A stretch of DNA of 64,000 nt from Bacteroidia bacterium (GCA_016212695.1 JACREX010000210.1:912-64911), one strand, 5' to 3'; positions 18,353-29,356 are shown, numbered from the stretch's first letter. Notes: a model not told the origin generated them from the sequence alone. Made by a program: numbers and translations.

Positions 18353-20092
18353 ATGGAAAATAATATTTTAGATTCAGTAAAATCAAAAGCCAGTAAATGG
18401 CTCGACGGTAATTTTGACGAAGAAACCAAAAAGAAAGTAAGATACCTTCTTGAGCACGATGAGAATGAACTGGTGGAATCTTTTTACCGGGACATGGAAT
18501 TCGGAACCGGTGGATTGAGGGGCATAATGGGCGTTGGTACAAACCGTATGAATATTTATACGATGGGTATGGCTACGCAAGGATTATGCAATTATCTGAA
18601 AAAGCAGTTTCAGAACCGTGAGATTAAAGTTGCCATAGCGTACGACAGCAGGAACAACAGCCGCTTGTTTGCCGAAACCACAGCCCGTGTTTTTTCTGAC
18701 AATGATATAAAAGCGTATTTGTTCGATTCGTTACGGCCAACTCCCGAACTATCTTTTGCCATCCGGCATTTTGGATGCCAGAGTGGCGTCGTTATCACAG
18801 CATCCCATAACCCGAAAGAATACAACGGGTACAAAGCATACTGGGACGACGGCGGCCAGATTATTGCCCCGCACGACAAGAATATAATAGCCGAAGTGCA
18901 GAAAATTACAAGCGTTGATGAAGTGAAATTCTATGGTCCGGATAAAAATATTATCAGTATAGGAGAAGAAATTGACAGGATTTATCTTGAAAAAATAAAA
19001 ACACTTTCTTTATCGCCTGATATTATTGAAAAGAATAATACGCTGAAGATCGTTTATACCCCGCTTCACGGATCCGGTGTGCGTTTAGTTCCGGAGTCGC
19101 TTAAGAAATTCGGATTTATCAATATCCATTCTGTGCCTGAACAAAACATCAGCGACGGGAATTTCCCAACCGTTGTTTCTCCAAACCCGGAAGTTTCTGC
19201 AGCCCTTACCCTGGCTATTGAAAAAGCAAAAAAGATAGATGCCGACCTGGTGCTCGCTACAGACCCGGATGCGGATCGTGTGGGAATTGCCGTAAAAAAT
19301 AACCAAAATGAATTCATCCTTCTGAATGGAAACCAGACCGGGGCGATTTTGTTTAATTACCTTATTTCGAAATGGGCTGAAAAAGGAAAACTCAAAGGCA
19401 ACGAATATATTGTGAAAACCATTGTAACTACCGAATTGCTGGCAGACATTGCAAAAAAACATAATGTGGAATATTACGATGTTCTCACCGGGTTCAAATA
19501 TATTGCCGATGTCATCCTGCAGAACGAAGGGAAAAAGCAATTCATCTGCGGCGGCGAGGAAAGTTACGGCTATTTAGCCGGAGAATTTGTGCGCGACAAA
19601 GATGCCGTGATGTCGTGTTCTCTTATTGCCGAAGCGGCTGCAGCGGCGAAAGACCGGGGAAATTCGCTGTTCGATACCCTGCTTGATATTTATATGGAAT
19701 ATGGGTTTTATAAAGAGTCTTTGATGAATATTGAAAAACATGGCAAATCCGGCGCCGAAGAAATTGCGCAGATGATGGAAGGATACAGGAAATACCCTCC
19801 GAAATCCGTTAATAATTCCGAGGTGGTGACCATTAAAGATTACCAGGTATTAAAGGAAACAAATCTTGCATCGTGCAAACAAAAAAATATTAACCTGCCC
19901 AAATCAAATGTTCTGCAGTTTTTTCTCAGAGACGGATCAAAAATATCCATACGCCCTTCAGGTACAGAACCGAAAATAAAATTTTATTTTGGCGTTAAGG
20001 AAAAATTAGAAAAAAGAGATGATTACGATAAAGTGAATGCGCTTCTGGATATGAAAATCCAAAATATAATAACATCTTTAAATTTAAAGTAA
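18353..20092 (+). CDS. Phosphoglucomutase/phosphomannomutase family phospho-sugar mutase
   Basis: Active-site TASHNPKEYNGYK, metal loop ATDPDADR and sugar-binding GGEESYG. The ATG at 18353 (MENNILD) is preferred, because the ORF-track start overlaps rfbD. Confidence 0.8.
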   Translation: MENNILDSVKSKASKWLDGNFDEETKKKVRYLLEHDENELVESFYRDMEFGTGGLRGIMGVGTNRMNIYTMGMATQGLCNYLKKQFQNREIKVAIAYDSRNNSRLFAETTARVFSDNDIKAYLFDSLRPTPELSFAIRHFGCQSGVVITASHNPKEYNGYKAYWDDGGQIIAPHDKNIIAEVQKITSVDEVKFYGPDKNIISIGEEIDRIYLEKIKTLSLSPDIIEKNNTLKIVYTPLHGSGVRLVPESLKKFGFINIHSVPEQNISDGNFPTVVSPNPEVSAALTLAIEKAKKIDADLVLATDPDADRVGIAVKNNQNEFILLNGNQTGAILFNYLISKWAEKGKLKGNEYIVKTIVTTELLADIAKKHNVEYYDVLTGFKYIADVILQNEGKKQFICGGEESYGYLAGEFVRDKDAVMSCSLIAEAAAAAKDRGNSLFDTLLDIYMEYGFYKESLMNIEKHGKSGAEEIAQMMEGYRKYPPKSVNNSEVVTIKDYQVLKETNLASCKQKNINLPKSNVLQFFLRDGSKISIRPSGTEPKIKFYFGVKEKLEKRDDYDKVNALLDMKIQNIITSLNLK

Positions 20093-20108
20093 GAGATTTT
20101 ATTTCCGG

Positions 20109-23100
20109 ATGAGAAAACTGATTCCCTGCATATTATTTATTGTTTTTGGTTCATGCTTTCTGGTTCACGGCTCGCTTGCAATCAGCCGGATCGATAGTCT
20201 TGAAAAAAAGCTTTCCGGCGCGTCAGAAGATTCCAGGATCGAACTATTGAACGAAATAGCGCAGTGTTATTTGAATAAATCTTCCGATAAAACGATCTAT
20301 TATGCAAAACTTTCTTTAAAACAGGCCAATAAAACCGGCAATTTTAATCACAAGGCAGAATCTTTTAACCTGATAGGAGATGCTTACCAAACCCAGGGAA
20401 ATAACATTGAAGCATTGAATTTTTATCAAAAAGCATTTATTGCAAGCGAAAAGTATGGAGAGAAAAAAGACGTTGCCCGGACTTTAAATAACATGGGTGT
20501 TATTTACTGTCTCTTCGGGGATTATACCAAAGCATTGGACTATCATCTTAAAGCATTATCTTTTTTTCGCGAACTTAACGACAGATTGGGAATTGCCCAA
20601 TCGTTGAATAAATGCGGCGTTGTTTACAGGAATCTGAATCACAACAATAAAGCGCTTGATTGTTACAACGAAGCCTATAAAATCAGTTGCCAGTTGGGTG
20701 ATAAGCCGGAACAGGCAAATTCTCTGTTGAACATCGGTAATATTTACTGGTATTCCAATATGTATAACTTAGCCCTGGACAATTATCAGAATTCACTTAA
20801 AATTTATACCTCTCTGAATGATGTCAACCAGATTTCAGCCCTTTTAAACAATATCGGAAATGTAAACAGGGAGAGGGGCAATATCCATGAGGCCATGAAG
20901 TGTTTTTCAAAATCAGTATCGCTTGCACGGGAAACGGGAGATAATAACCAGATCGCTATAACATACCGGAACATCGGGAAAACTTTTTTTAAAATCAATC
21001 TCTATGATTCCGCTTTGAATTATTTTCAAATAAGCCTGCGGATATCGCAGGATAATAATTTAAGAAGATTTGTACAGGATAATTATCTCAGCATGGCAGA
21101 AGTTTTTGAAACAACCGGCAATAAAAATAAAACGATAGAATATCTGAAACTGTATAATATTACAAGAGATCATATCCTTGAAGATGAAAGATCGCAGAAC
21201 GTGGTCGATCTTCAGTACCAGTTTGACCTTGAACAAAAAGAAAAAGAGATTCAGAATTTAAAGTTTAACAAAAACCAACTTATCCTTAATGTCATTTTTA
21301 TTTTTGCATTAGTCCTTACCGGACTGGTTATTACACTTTACCGGCTTTATACAAATAAAAAGAAGTATGTTTCTCTGCTTGAAAAAGAAGTTAAAGAAAA
21401 ACAAGCCGCGGAAAAGCTGTTGACTGAAAGCGAAGAAAAGTTCCGAACCCTTGCCGAGTTATTACCGGAAGCGATTTATGAGTCGGACGAAAACGGAATA
21501 TTTGTTTATGTTAACAGCGCCGGCTTAAAATTATTCGGATACACAACGGATGAATTTAATAAAGGTATCAGCGTGCTGGATATGATTGCCCCGGAAGACA
21601 GAATCCGCGCGCTGCAAGACAGGCAGGCAGCCATTCACGAAAAAATTCCCCACAGGATCGAATACAATGCGGTAAAAAAGGATGGCGCTGTTTTCCCGGT
21701 AATAATTCATACAAGTTCAATTATAAAAGACAACAAAATAGCAGGTACGCGGGGACTTGTTATTGACATTACGGAACTCAAGAAAGCCGAAGAAGAAAAA
21801 ATCCGTTTGCTTGAAAAATCCCAGGCGTTAAATAAAAAACTTATTACCCGTGAGCAGGAATTAAAAAGGGCTTTTGAACTTGCCGTAAAACTAAATGAAA
21901 AACTTGTCGCTTCGGAAGCAAACCTGAAAGTAATGTTTGATAGCACGCTTCAGGGCTACACGTTGATCAGCCGGGATTATAAAGTAATATCATTCAACAG
22001 GGCAACCCGTGAATTAGTTAAAAAAATTCTTAATAAAGAGATAGCTGCCGGAGATTCGGCTTTTGATGTATTGCCCCTGCATATAATATCTGATTTTACA
22101 GACAAAATCAACAGTAGCCTTGCCGGTGAAATAATTCAATTCGAGAAGCAGTATGACTTTTTCGGAAATATATTCTGGCTCGATTTATCGTTTCATCCCG
22201 CTTATGATAAGAACTCGAATATAGTGGGCGTTTCATTTTCAATTTTTGATATCTCGGAAAGAAAACTTGCTGAAGAAGCGCTGAAAGAAAGTGAAGAAAA
22301 ATACAGGATGCTCGTGGAACAGGCTGCAGATAGTATTTTTATCGGCAACCCCAAGGGTAATTTTATCCGGGTAAATTCCCGGTGTTGTGAGTTAACCGGG
22401 TATTCTAAAGATGAATTGCTTGCCTTGAACTTGAGAAATCTGTTTACAGAAGAAGAAATAAAAAGAAACCCGCTGAGATATGATCTTTTAAGACAAGGGG
22501 AGACAATATTCCGTGAGAGAATGCTTACCCGGAAAGACGGCCGGAGGATCCCCGTTGAAATGAATACAAAGATGATGTCTGATGGAACGTATCAGTCATT
22601 CATCAGGAATGTGAGCGAACGTAAAAAAGCGGAAGCGGCTCTTGATGAAATCCAGCGCTCGCTTGCCATGCTTATGAGCAACCTGCCCGGGTTAGCCTAT
22701 CGCTGTAAAAACGATAAGGACTGGTCATTTGAAATTCTCAGCGACGGCTGTTTTGATCTTACAGGCTATCATACGGATGATTTTCTTGTTAAGAAAAAAA
22801 TTACATTCAATGATTTGATCCATGTTGACGACAGAGACTATGTGTGGGATAACGTTCAGAAAGCGTTGGAATTAAAGAAGCCATACCATCTTACTTACCG
22901 GATTACCACTGCAGGCGGAGATTTAAAATGGGTTTGGGAGCAGGGGTGCGGTATATTTGATTATACGGATACATTACTCGCCCTGGAAGGATTTATTATT
23001 GATATCACAGAACGGATATCAACAGAAGAAGCTCTTGTAAAAAGTGAAGAGCGTTTCAGAATTCTTGTCGAAAACCAGGGAGAAGGAGTCGGTATCATTG

Positions 23101-26100
23101 ACACTGAGGAATGTTTTACTTTTGTGAATCCGGCTGCCGAAGAAATATTTGGCATGAAGGCTGATGCGCTGCTTGGAAAATCGCTCGGAGAATTTGTGAG
23201 CGACGAACAGTTCAGCGTGATAAAGCAGGAAACAGAACTTCGTAAAAAAGGTAAAAAAAGCAGCTATGAAATTTTAATTACCCGTCCCGATAAAGTTAAA
23301 AAACATCTGCTGGCAACTGTTACGCCTTATTTAGGAAAAAACGGGGAATTCCTCGGATCCTTAAATATTTTCATGGATATCACCGACCGTAAAAAAGCGG
23401 AAGAAAAAGTGAGAAAAAGCGAAGAACGCCTTAAGTATGCCCTTGACGCTGCAAACGACGGATTATGGGACTTTAATTCAAAAGAAAACCGGATGAATTA
23501 CCTGAGCCCCCGTATTTATACCATGCTGGGCTATGAATCCTATGAATTCAAAATTGATTTTCAGACAATTCTCGGCTTGATCCATCCGGATGATGTAAAT
23601 GATTTTAAAAGCGCTTTCAGAAATTATTACAAAAAGAAAACCGGGATTTTCAGCGCCGAATTCAGGATGAAGACAAAGAACCATAATTATATCTGGATTC
23701 ACTCACGAGGAAAGGCCGTAGAATGGGATGCTCAGGGAAAAATAGTGCGGATGGTGGGAACCCATGTGGATATTTCAGAGAGAAAAATATATGAGAAAAC
23801 CTTACGCGAAAACGAGGAAAAATACAGGCTGCTGGCAGAGAAAACCACAGACATCATCTGGACTATGGATATGAATCTCCGCTACACCTATATGAATCCG
23901 GCAGTTAAAAGACACTTAGGATATTCCGTTGAAGAATATATACCGTTACCCTCAGAAAAAAAATATCCTCCCGAATCAATAAAAATCACAAGTTCCATAT
24001 TTCAGAATGAATTACAGAAAATAAAAAATGGAATTATACCCGGCAAGAATTATTCGGTTGTTTTCGAATTATTGCATTACCATAAAGATGGCAGCCTTGT
24101 GTGGGGAGAAGTAAATTTCACTTTCCTCTTTGATGAAAACGATGCGATTTACGGTATTCATGGCGTAACAAGAAATATTACCGAAAGGAAAAGGGTGGAA
24201 GAAGCCATGAGAAAAAGCGAAGAACGTCTTAAACTTGCCTTAGATGCCGCAGACGACGGGATGTGGGATTTTAATCCGAAAACTAACAAAGTAAATTATT
24301 TCAGCCCGCGCTGGTATACCATGATCGGGTATGAACCCTATGAATTCCCTATGGATTATACAAAATGGATACATTTGATTTATTATGAAGACCGGGTTGC
24401 CGTGTTAAGCGCTATATCAAACTATATAAAAGGGGATACAGGCGCTTTTTCCGTTGAGTACAGGATGAAAACCAAGAATAACATATTCAAATGGATCCTT
24501 TCCCGCGGAAAATATGTTGAAATGGATAAATCCGGAAATATTACCCGTATGGTAGGCACCCAGAGCGATATTTCAGAACGTAAAGAAGCGGAGGAAGAAC
24601 TGAAGAAGAGCCGGCAGAAATATATGGAGCTTACGGAATTCCTTCCCCAATCCGTATTTGAAGCAGATATGAACGGTCGCCTGCTTTTTGCAAACCGTCA
24701 GGCATTCATTGCATTCGGCTATACAAAAGAAGATTTTGAAAACGGGTTGAATATAAGTCAGATGATCATGCCTGAAAACATGGAAAAAGCGTTCGATAAT
24801 ATCCGTAAAATAGTAAGCGGCAAAATTACATTATCTTCGGAATACGACATGGTAAAAAAGGACGGAACCACTTTTCCGGCAATAGTTAATTCATTACCTG
24901 TTTTCGTAGACGGGCTGCCTTATGGTATACGTGGAATCATTATAGATATTACGGAGCGAAAGCAGGCAGAAGAGCAACTGATGCTGGCAAAAAATAAAGC
25001 TGAAGAATCTGATCATCTGAAATCAACATTCCTCGCTAACATGTCGCATGAGATACGTACGCCTTTGAATGCGATTCTTGGTTTTACCGATCTCCTGAAA
25101 AGCCCTGACCTGAATGAAGAAAAACGAAGTAATTTTATTGACATCATCAGCAAAAGAGGGAAAGACCTTTTAAATATTATCAACGACATTATAGATATCT
25201 CCAAGATAGAATCAAAGCAATTAAAGATTAACCCTGTGAAATGTTTTTTAAATAATGTTTTGCATGAGCTATTCACATTCTTTGAAAACGACATCTTATT
25301 TAAAGAAAAGAAAAATCTGAAACTTAAACTCAAAACCTCTTTGCCCGACAACAATTGTTTTATCCTTATTGATGATATGAGGGTGAAGCAGGTTTTAACC
25401 AACCTTATCGGTAATGCTATAAAATTTACATCAAAGGGAACCATCGAGTTTGGCTACACTATAGAAGATCGGGACTATCTGAAATTTTATGTAAAGGATA
25501 CGGGTATCGGTATTCCTAAAGACAAACAAACTATAATTTTTGACAGGTTCCGCCAGGCAGACGACACCACTTCGCGGCACTATGGAGGAACAGGTCTCGG
25601 ACTTGCAATATCCAAGAGCCTTATTGAAATGATGGGTGGAACAATTTCTGTTGAATCGGTTGCCGGCAAAGGTTCTGCTTTTTATTTTGTTCTTCCCTAT
25701 ATACCTGCAGATGCTATTGTGGAAGTTGAACCGAAGAAAATACCTTCCCATGAAAAAATATCATGGGGCAATAAAACCCTTTTGATTGTTGAAGACGACA
25801 AGGTGAATTATTTATATCTATCTACCCTGCTCAGAAAAACCAAAGTGCAGATATTGCATGCAGAAAACGGAGTTGTCGCGGTTGAAATGTGTAAAAAAAA
25901 TCCTCAGATAGATGTTGTCCTGATGGATCTTCAGATGCCGGTACTGAACGGCTATGAAGCAACGCGGATGATCAAAGAGATACGGAAAGATTTGCCGGTA
26001 ATCGCCCAAACAGCGTTTGCTATGGAAGAAGATAAACAAAAATGCATAAATGCCGGATGTGATGATTTTATTGCTAAACCTATAAAAGTAGATGTTCTGC

Positions 26101-26129
26101 TCTCGAGTATTGAAAAATTTTTCCGTTAA
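20109..26129 (+). CDS. Hybrid sensor histidine kinase: periplasmic TPR region, one TM, about 9 PAS/PAC modules, HisKA, HATPase_c and a receiver domain
   Basis: TPR repeats fill the first ~340 aa. TM segment LILNVIFIFALVLTGLVITLY. PAC-like ends recur (ITERK/ISERK). H-box SHEIRTPLNAILGF, G-boxes DTGIGI and GGTGLGLAI. Receiver LLIVEDD...VLMDLQMP...K. Confidence 0.85.
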   Translation: MRKLIPCILFIVFGSCFLVHGSLAISRIDSLEKKLSGASEDSRIELLNEIAQCYLNKSSDKTIYYAKLSLKQANKTGNFNHKAESFNLIGDAYQTQGNNIEALNFYQKAFIASEKYGEKKDVARTLNNMGVIYCLFGDYTKALDYHLKALSFFRELNDRLGIAQSLNKCGVVYRNLNHNNKALDCYNEAYKISCQLGDKPEQANSLLNIGNIYWYSNMYNLALDNYQNSLKIYTSLNDVNQISALLNNIGNVNRERGNIHEAMKCFSKSVSLARETGDNNQIAITYRNIGKTFFKINLYDSALNYFQISLRISQDNNLRRFVQDNYLSMAEVFETTGNKNKTIEYLKLYNITRDHILEDERSQNVVDLQYQFDLEQKEKEIQNLKFNKNQLILNVIFIFALVLTGLVITLYRLYTNKKKYVSLLEKEVKEKQAAEKLLTESEEKFRTLAELLPEAIYESDENGIFVYVNSAGLKLFGYTTDEFNKGISVLDMIAPEDRIRALQDRQAAIHEKIPHRIEYNAVKKDGAVFPVIIHTSSIIKDNKIAGTRGLVIDITELKKAEEEKIRLLEKSQALNKKLITREQELKRAFELAVKLNEKLVASEANLKVMFDSTLQGYTLISRDYKVISFNRATRELVKKILNKEIAAGDSAFDVLPLHIISDFTDKINSSLAGEIIQFEKQYDFFGNIFWLDLSFHPAYDKNSNIVGVSFSIFDISERKLAEEALKESEEKYRMLVEQAADSIFIGNPKGNFIRVNSRCCELTGYSKDELLALNLRNLFTEEEIKRNPLRYDLLRQGETIFRERMLTRKDGRRIPVEMNTKMMSDGTYQSFIRNVSERKKAEAALDEIQRSLAMLMSNLPGLAYRCKNDKDWSFEILSDGCFDLTGYHTDDFLVKKKITFNDLIHVDDRDYVWDNVQKALELKKPYHLTYRITTAGGDLKWVWEQGCGIFDYTDTLLALEGFIIDITERISTEEALVKSEERFRILVENQGEGVGIIDTEECFTFVNPAAEEIFGMKADALLGKSLGEFVSDEQFSVIKQETELRKKGKKSSYEILITRPDKVKKHLLATVTPYLGKNGEFLGSLNIFMDITDRKKAEEKVRKSEERLKYALDAANDGLWDFNSKENRMNYLSPRIYTMLGYESYEFKIDFQTILGLIHPDDVNDFKSAFRNYYKKKTGIFSAEFRMKTKNHNYIWIHSRGKAVEWDAQGKIVRMVGTHVDISERKIYEKTLRENEEKYRLLAEKTTDIIWTMDMNLRYTYMNPAVKRHLGYSVEEYIPLPSEKKYPPESIKITSSIFQNELQKIKNGIIPGKNYSVVFELLHYHKDGSLVWGEVNFTFLFDENDAIYGIHGVTRNITERKRVEEAMRKSEERLKLALDAADDGMWDFNPKTNKVNYFSPRWYTMIGYEPYEFPMDYTKWIHLIYYEDRVAVLSAISNYIKGDTGAFSVEYRMKTKNNIFKWILSRGKYVEMDKSGNITRMVGTQSDISERKEAEEELKKSRQKYMELTEFLPQSVFEADMNGRLLFANRQAFIAFGYTKEDFENGLNISQMIMPENMEKAFDNIRKIVSGKITLSSEYDMVKKDGTTFPAIVNSLPVFVDGLPYGIRGIIIDITERKQAEEQLMLAKNKAEESDHLKSTFLANMSHEIRTPLNAILGFTDLLKSPDLNEEKRSNFIDIISKRGKDLLNIINDIIDISKIESKQLKINPVKCFLNNVLHELFTFFENDILFKEKKNLKLKLKTSLPDNNCFILIDDMRVKQVLTNLIGNAIKFTSKGTIEFGYTIEDRDYLKFYVKDTGIGIPKDKQTIIFDRFRQADDTTSRHYGGTGLGLAISKSLIEMMGGTISVESVAGKGSAFYFVLPYIPADAIVEVEPKKIPSHEKISWGNKTLLIVEDDKVNYLYLSTLLRKTKVQILHAENGVVAVEMCKKNPQIDVVLMDLQMPVLNGYEATRMIKEIRKDLPVIAQTAFAMEEDKQKCINAGCDDFIAKPIKVDVLLSSIEKFFR

Positions 26130-26169
26130 ATCGTCTTAAAAATAAAACTTTGCTAAATAAATATAGAGT

Positions 26170-26258
26170 TTGCTTCGCTATGCTCGCAATGACGCTCAAT
26201 TTAAACGTCATTGCGAGGCGTTGCCCTGAGTTTGCCGAAGGGAGGTACGACGAAGCAA
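26170..26258. repeat. Nested palindromic (REP-like) element, probable terminator of the kinase gene
   Basis: Inner perfect 12-bp stem CTCGCAATGACG / CGTCATTGCGAG (about 26183-26194 and 26206-26217). Outer arms TTGCTTCG / CGAAGCAA. Confidence 0.6.
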
Positions 26259-26409
26259 TCTTTGCGTCATCTGTTTATTAACTTAACACTATATAAAATA
26301 TCATATTTTTTTCTTAATAATTTCATATGATATTTAAACGTATGTAAATCATTAACCTTAATTTTGACATTTTCTGTTAAGTTGATATAATACTACAACA
26401 TCTTTAATA

Positions 26410-27156
26410 ATGGAAGCAGAATTTAAAACAGAAACCAGATCGGAATTATATAACCTGCTCACGGAAGATGTCCGTTTTATAGAAGGACTGAAAGCCTGTA
26501 TCAATTGCGGAACGTGTACGGCTATCTGCCCGGCTGCTGAATTTTATAACTATCATCCGAGAGTGATTGTTGATATCATTCAAAGTAAAAATAATGAAAA
26601 AATAGAAGAGTTATTAAAGAACGATTTTATCTGGTATTGCGGTGAATGTATGTCGTGCAAGACGCGTTGTCCGCGTGGAAATGTGCCGGGTTTAATTGTA
26701 ATGGCATTACGGGCATTATCGCAGGAGTTGGGATATTTTGCAGAATCCGAAAAAGGCAGGCAGCAACTGGCTATAAAGCGAACCGTCGGGCAATGGATAT
26801 TGGATAAGGGCTATTGTCTTTACTTAGAAGGAGTGGGAACCGATCTTCATCCGGAACAGGGGCCTGTGTGGGACTGGTTCCAGGCCAACTACAGGGATGT
26901 TATGGACCGGCTGGGCGCAAACTACGAAGGGGATGGGCCCGGAATCCTGCGGAAAATCCCACGGGAATCGCTCAATGAATTGAAAAAGATATTTGATGCC
27001 ACCGGCGCTACCAAACGGTTTAAAAAAATCGAAAAATATTCGGAAGCGAAAGCCCGTGAAATGAAATTAGATTTTGGTTCCGGAATGGATAACGAGTATT
27101 TCCGGCATATATATTCTTATAACAGCAATACGCATAATTCTGAACAGAACCCATGA
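26410..27156 (+). CDS. hdrC: Heterodisulfide reductase subunit C-like 4Fe-4S dicluster protein
   Basis: CINCGTCTAICP and CGECMSCKTRCPRG motifs with HdrC-like spacing. The stop overlaps the next start (ATGA). Confidence 0.65.
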   Translation: MEAEFKTETRSELYNLLTEDVRFIEGLKACINCGTCTAICPAAEFYNYHPRVIVDIIQSKNNEKIEELLKNDFIWYCGECMSCKTRCPRGNVPGLIVMALRALSQELGYFAESEKGRQQLAIKRTVGQWILDKGYCLYLEGVGTDLHPEQGPVWDWFQANYRDVMDRLGANYEGDGPGILRKIPRESLNELKKIFDATGATKRFKKIEKYSEAKAREMKLDFGSGMDNEYFRHIYSYNSNTHNSEQNP

Positions 27157-28235
27157 AAAACGAAGGCAAAAAATTGATATGGAAAGAGTATCAAAAGGAG
27201 ATCGCTGACAACAAATATTATTATGTACGCAGTTGTGTGAGGCAGAATTTTTTTCCCGGCGCTGAAACAACATTCCTCAGGATCATGCGTGAGGTTCTTG
27301 AAAAAGATATTTACGAAAACCCTTCGCATACTACCTGCACCGGTATCGGTTATCATAGCGATATTGTTCCCCTTGATACCGCTATGACCGTTGTTGCGCG
27401 CCAGTTTGCCATCATGACGGAATCCGGTTATGAAAACTTAACGCCTTCCTGCATTACTTCTTTTGGCCTATATACTGAGATTCTTGACACCTGGCATCAT
27501 TTTCCGGAAGTGGAACAAAAGATCCGGGGATTACTTAAAAAAGCTACAGGCAGGGAATTTCAGATCCCCAAAAATCTTTCTCATGCAAGCGATTTGATTT
27601 TTAAATTCCGAAAAGAAATTGCACAAAAAGCAAAATATACACTTATCAATAAAAATACCGGAAAACCATTAAAAGTGGTCGATCATATTGGCTGTCATTA
27701 TGCAAAGATGTTTCCGCATAAAGGGGTGGGCGGCGCAGAATATCCATATGTTTTAGCGGGCATGATCGAAGAGTGGGGGGGAGAAGTGATTGACTATCCC
27801 GAACGGCGCCATTGCTGCGGATTTGGTTTCCGCCAGTATCTGGTGCAGGCAAACAGGGGTTTTTCCATTGCCTGTTCGCAGAAGAAATTTGAATCCATGG
27901 CCGGATATGAACCGGATATGATTATTACCAACTGCCCGGGTTGTCCCATGTTTCTCGACCGGTGGCAATATGCCATTTCTGAAATGGAAGGTAAGGTTTA
28001 CGGGCCCGACGGAAAACCCATTCCTGTTTTTACCTTCGAAGAAGTTGCCGGTCTGGTTCTGGGTTATGATCCCTGGGATATCGGACTGCAGGTTCACCAG
28101 GTAAATACGGAACCCTTGCTTGATAAAATCGGTATAACGTATGATCCCGAGAAAAAATATAATAATAAATTTGGAAAATCTATGGGAAAACCTGTGATTC
28201 CTGAAAGTTTATGTGAAGCACACGGAATACTATAG
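27153..28235 (+). CDS. hdrB: Heterodisulfide reductase subunit B-like protein (CCG domains)
   Basis: Cys-rich CCG-type motifs HIGCHY...HCCGFGF...NCPGCPMF, plus a degenerate N-terminal copy. Confidence 0.65.
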   Translation: MKNEGKKLIWKEYQKEIADNKYYYVRSCVRQNFFPGAETTFLRIMREVLEKDIYENPSHTTCTGIGYHSDIVPLDTAMTVVARQFAIMTESGYENLTPSCITSFGLYTEILDTWHHFPEVEQKIRGLLKKATGREFQIPKNLSHASDLIFKFRKEIAQKAKYTLINKNTGKPLKVVDHIGCHYAKMFPHKGVGGAEYPYVLAGMIEEWGGEVIDYPERRHCCGFGFRQYLVQANRGFSIACSQKKFESMAGYEPDMIITNCPGCPMFLDRWQYAISEMEGKVYGPDGKPIPVFTFEEVAGLVLGYDPWDIGLQVHQVNTEPLLDKIGITYDPEKKYNNKFGKSMGKPVIPESLCEAHGIL

Positions 28236-28287
28236 TTTTGACTTGGGTTAAAAATAAAATTTATACATTATAATATAGCATAAATAA

Positions 28288-29346
28288 ATGAGTAAAAATG
28301 TAATTGTAATTGGAGGCGGGATAGCCGGGATGGAGTCGTCGGCCTACCTTGCAGCCATGGGTTATAATGTTACGATCCTTGAAAAAGAAGGAAAGCTTGG
28401 CGGGCATTTGCTCAAATGGGAGCGCCTGTTTCCAACAAAAAGGCATGGTAAAGAAGTGCTTGAATTCCTGAGCCAGGGTATAAGCGAGCATGTGAGTATT
28501 ATTTATCATGCTGACATCGAAAATATTGAAAGAAAAGATCAGGTTTTTAATGTTCATCTTTCGAAAGGCACATCGCTGAAAGCAGATGCTGTATTGATTG
28601 CTACCGGATATGAAACTTTTGATGCGCGGAAAAAAGAAGAGTATGGGTATGGTATTTATGATAATGTCATCACATCACCCGATCTTGAAGAAATTTTTTT
28701 AAGCGGTAAGGGAATAAGGACGGCCTCGGGAAAAGTTCCCCAGCGCATCGGCTTAGTGCATTGTGTCGGGTCGCGTGACGAAAAAGCCGGGAATATATAT
28801 TGCTCCAAAGTATGCTGCGTTACGGGAGTTAAACAAGCTATTGAAATCAAAGAAAAACTGTCCCAGACAGAGGTATACTGTTTTTATATGGATATGCGTA
28901 TGTATGGTTTCCATTTCGAGGAATTGTATAAAGAAGCGCAGGAAAAATGGGGTGTGTATTTTATTCGCGGACGCCTGTCTGAATCCTGCGAAAATGCAGA
29001 TGGAACCATTGTTGTGAAAGTTGAAGATACATTGGCCGGAAAGCCGCTGAAGATGACAGTTGACCTGCTGGTTCTGCTGGTTGGCTTTGTTCCTTCCGAA
29101 GGAACCCGTAAGATTGGCGAATTGCTGGGCCTTTCTTTTAATTCAAACCGGTTCATCAAATCTGCCGATGAACACACCATGTCGAATGTAAGCAGCGAGC
29201 CCGGTATTTTCATGGCAGGCACATGCACCTCCCCGAGAACCATTGCCAATACTATTATGGATGCGCGATCTGCCGCAGCCACTGTGGCAAGCTATCTTGA
29301 AGGCTACAACATTGAAAAAAGAACCATCCACAGGAATTTAAAATAA
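28288..29346 (+). CDS. hdrA: Short HdrA-like FAD-dependent oxidoreductase
   Basis: VIVIGGGIAGMESSAYLA...ILEKEGKLGGH dinucleotide fold. HCVGSRDE...YCSKVCC cluster motif typical of HdrA. Only 352 aa, so it lacks the ferredoxin insert. Confidence 0.65.
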   Translation: MSKNVIVIGGGIAGMESSAYLAAMGYNVTILEKEGKLGGHLLKWERLFPTKRHGKEVLEFLSQGISEHVSIIYHADIENIERKDQVFNVHLSKGTSLKADAVLIATGYETFDARKKEEYGYGIYDNVITSPDLEEIFLSGKGIRTASGKVPQRIGLVHCVGSRDEKAGNIYCSKVCCVTGVKQAIEIKEKLSQTEVYCFYMDMRMYGFHFEELYKEAQEKWGVYFIRGRLSESCENADGTIVVKVEDTLAGKPLKMTVDLLVLLVGFVPSEGTRKIGELLGLSFNSNRFIKSADEHTMSNVSSEPGIFMAGTCTSPRTIANTIMDARSAAATVASYLEGYNIEKRTIHRNLK

Positions 29347-29356
29347 AGTTCATCGG

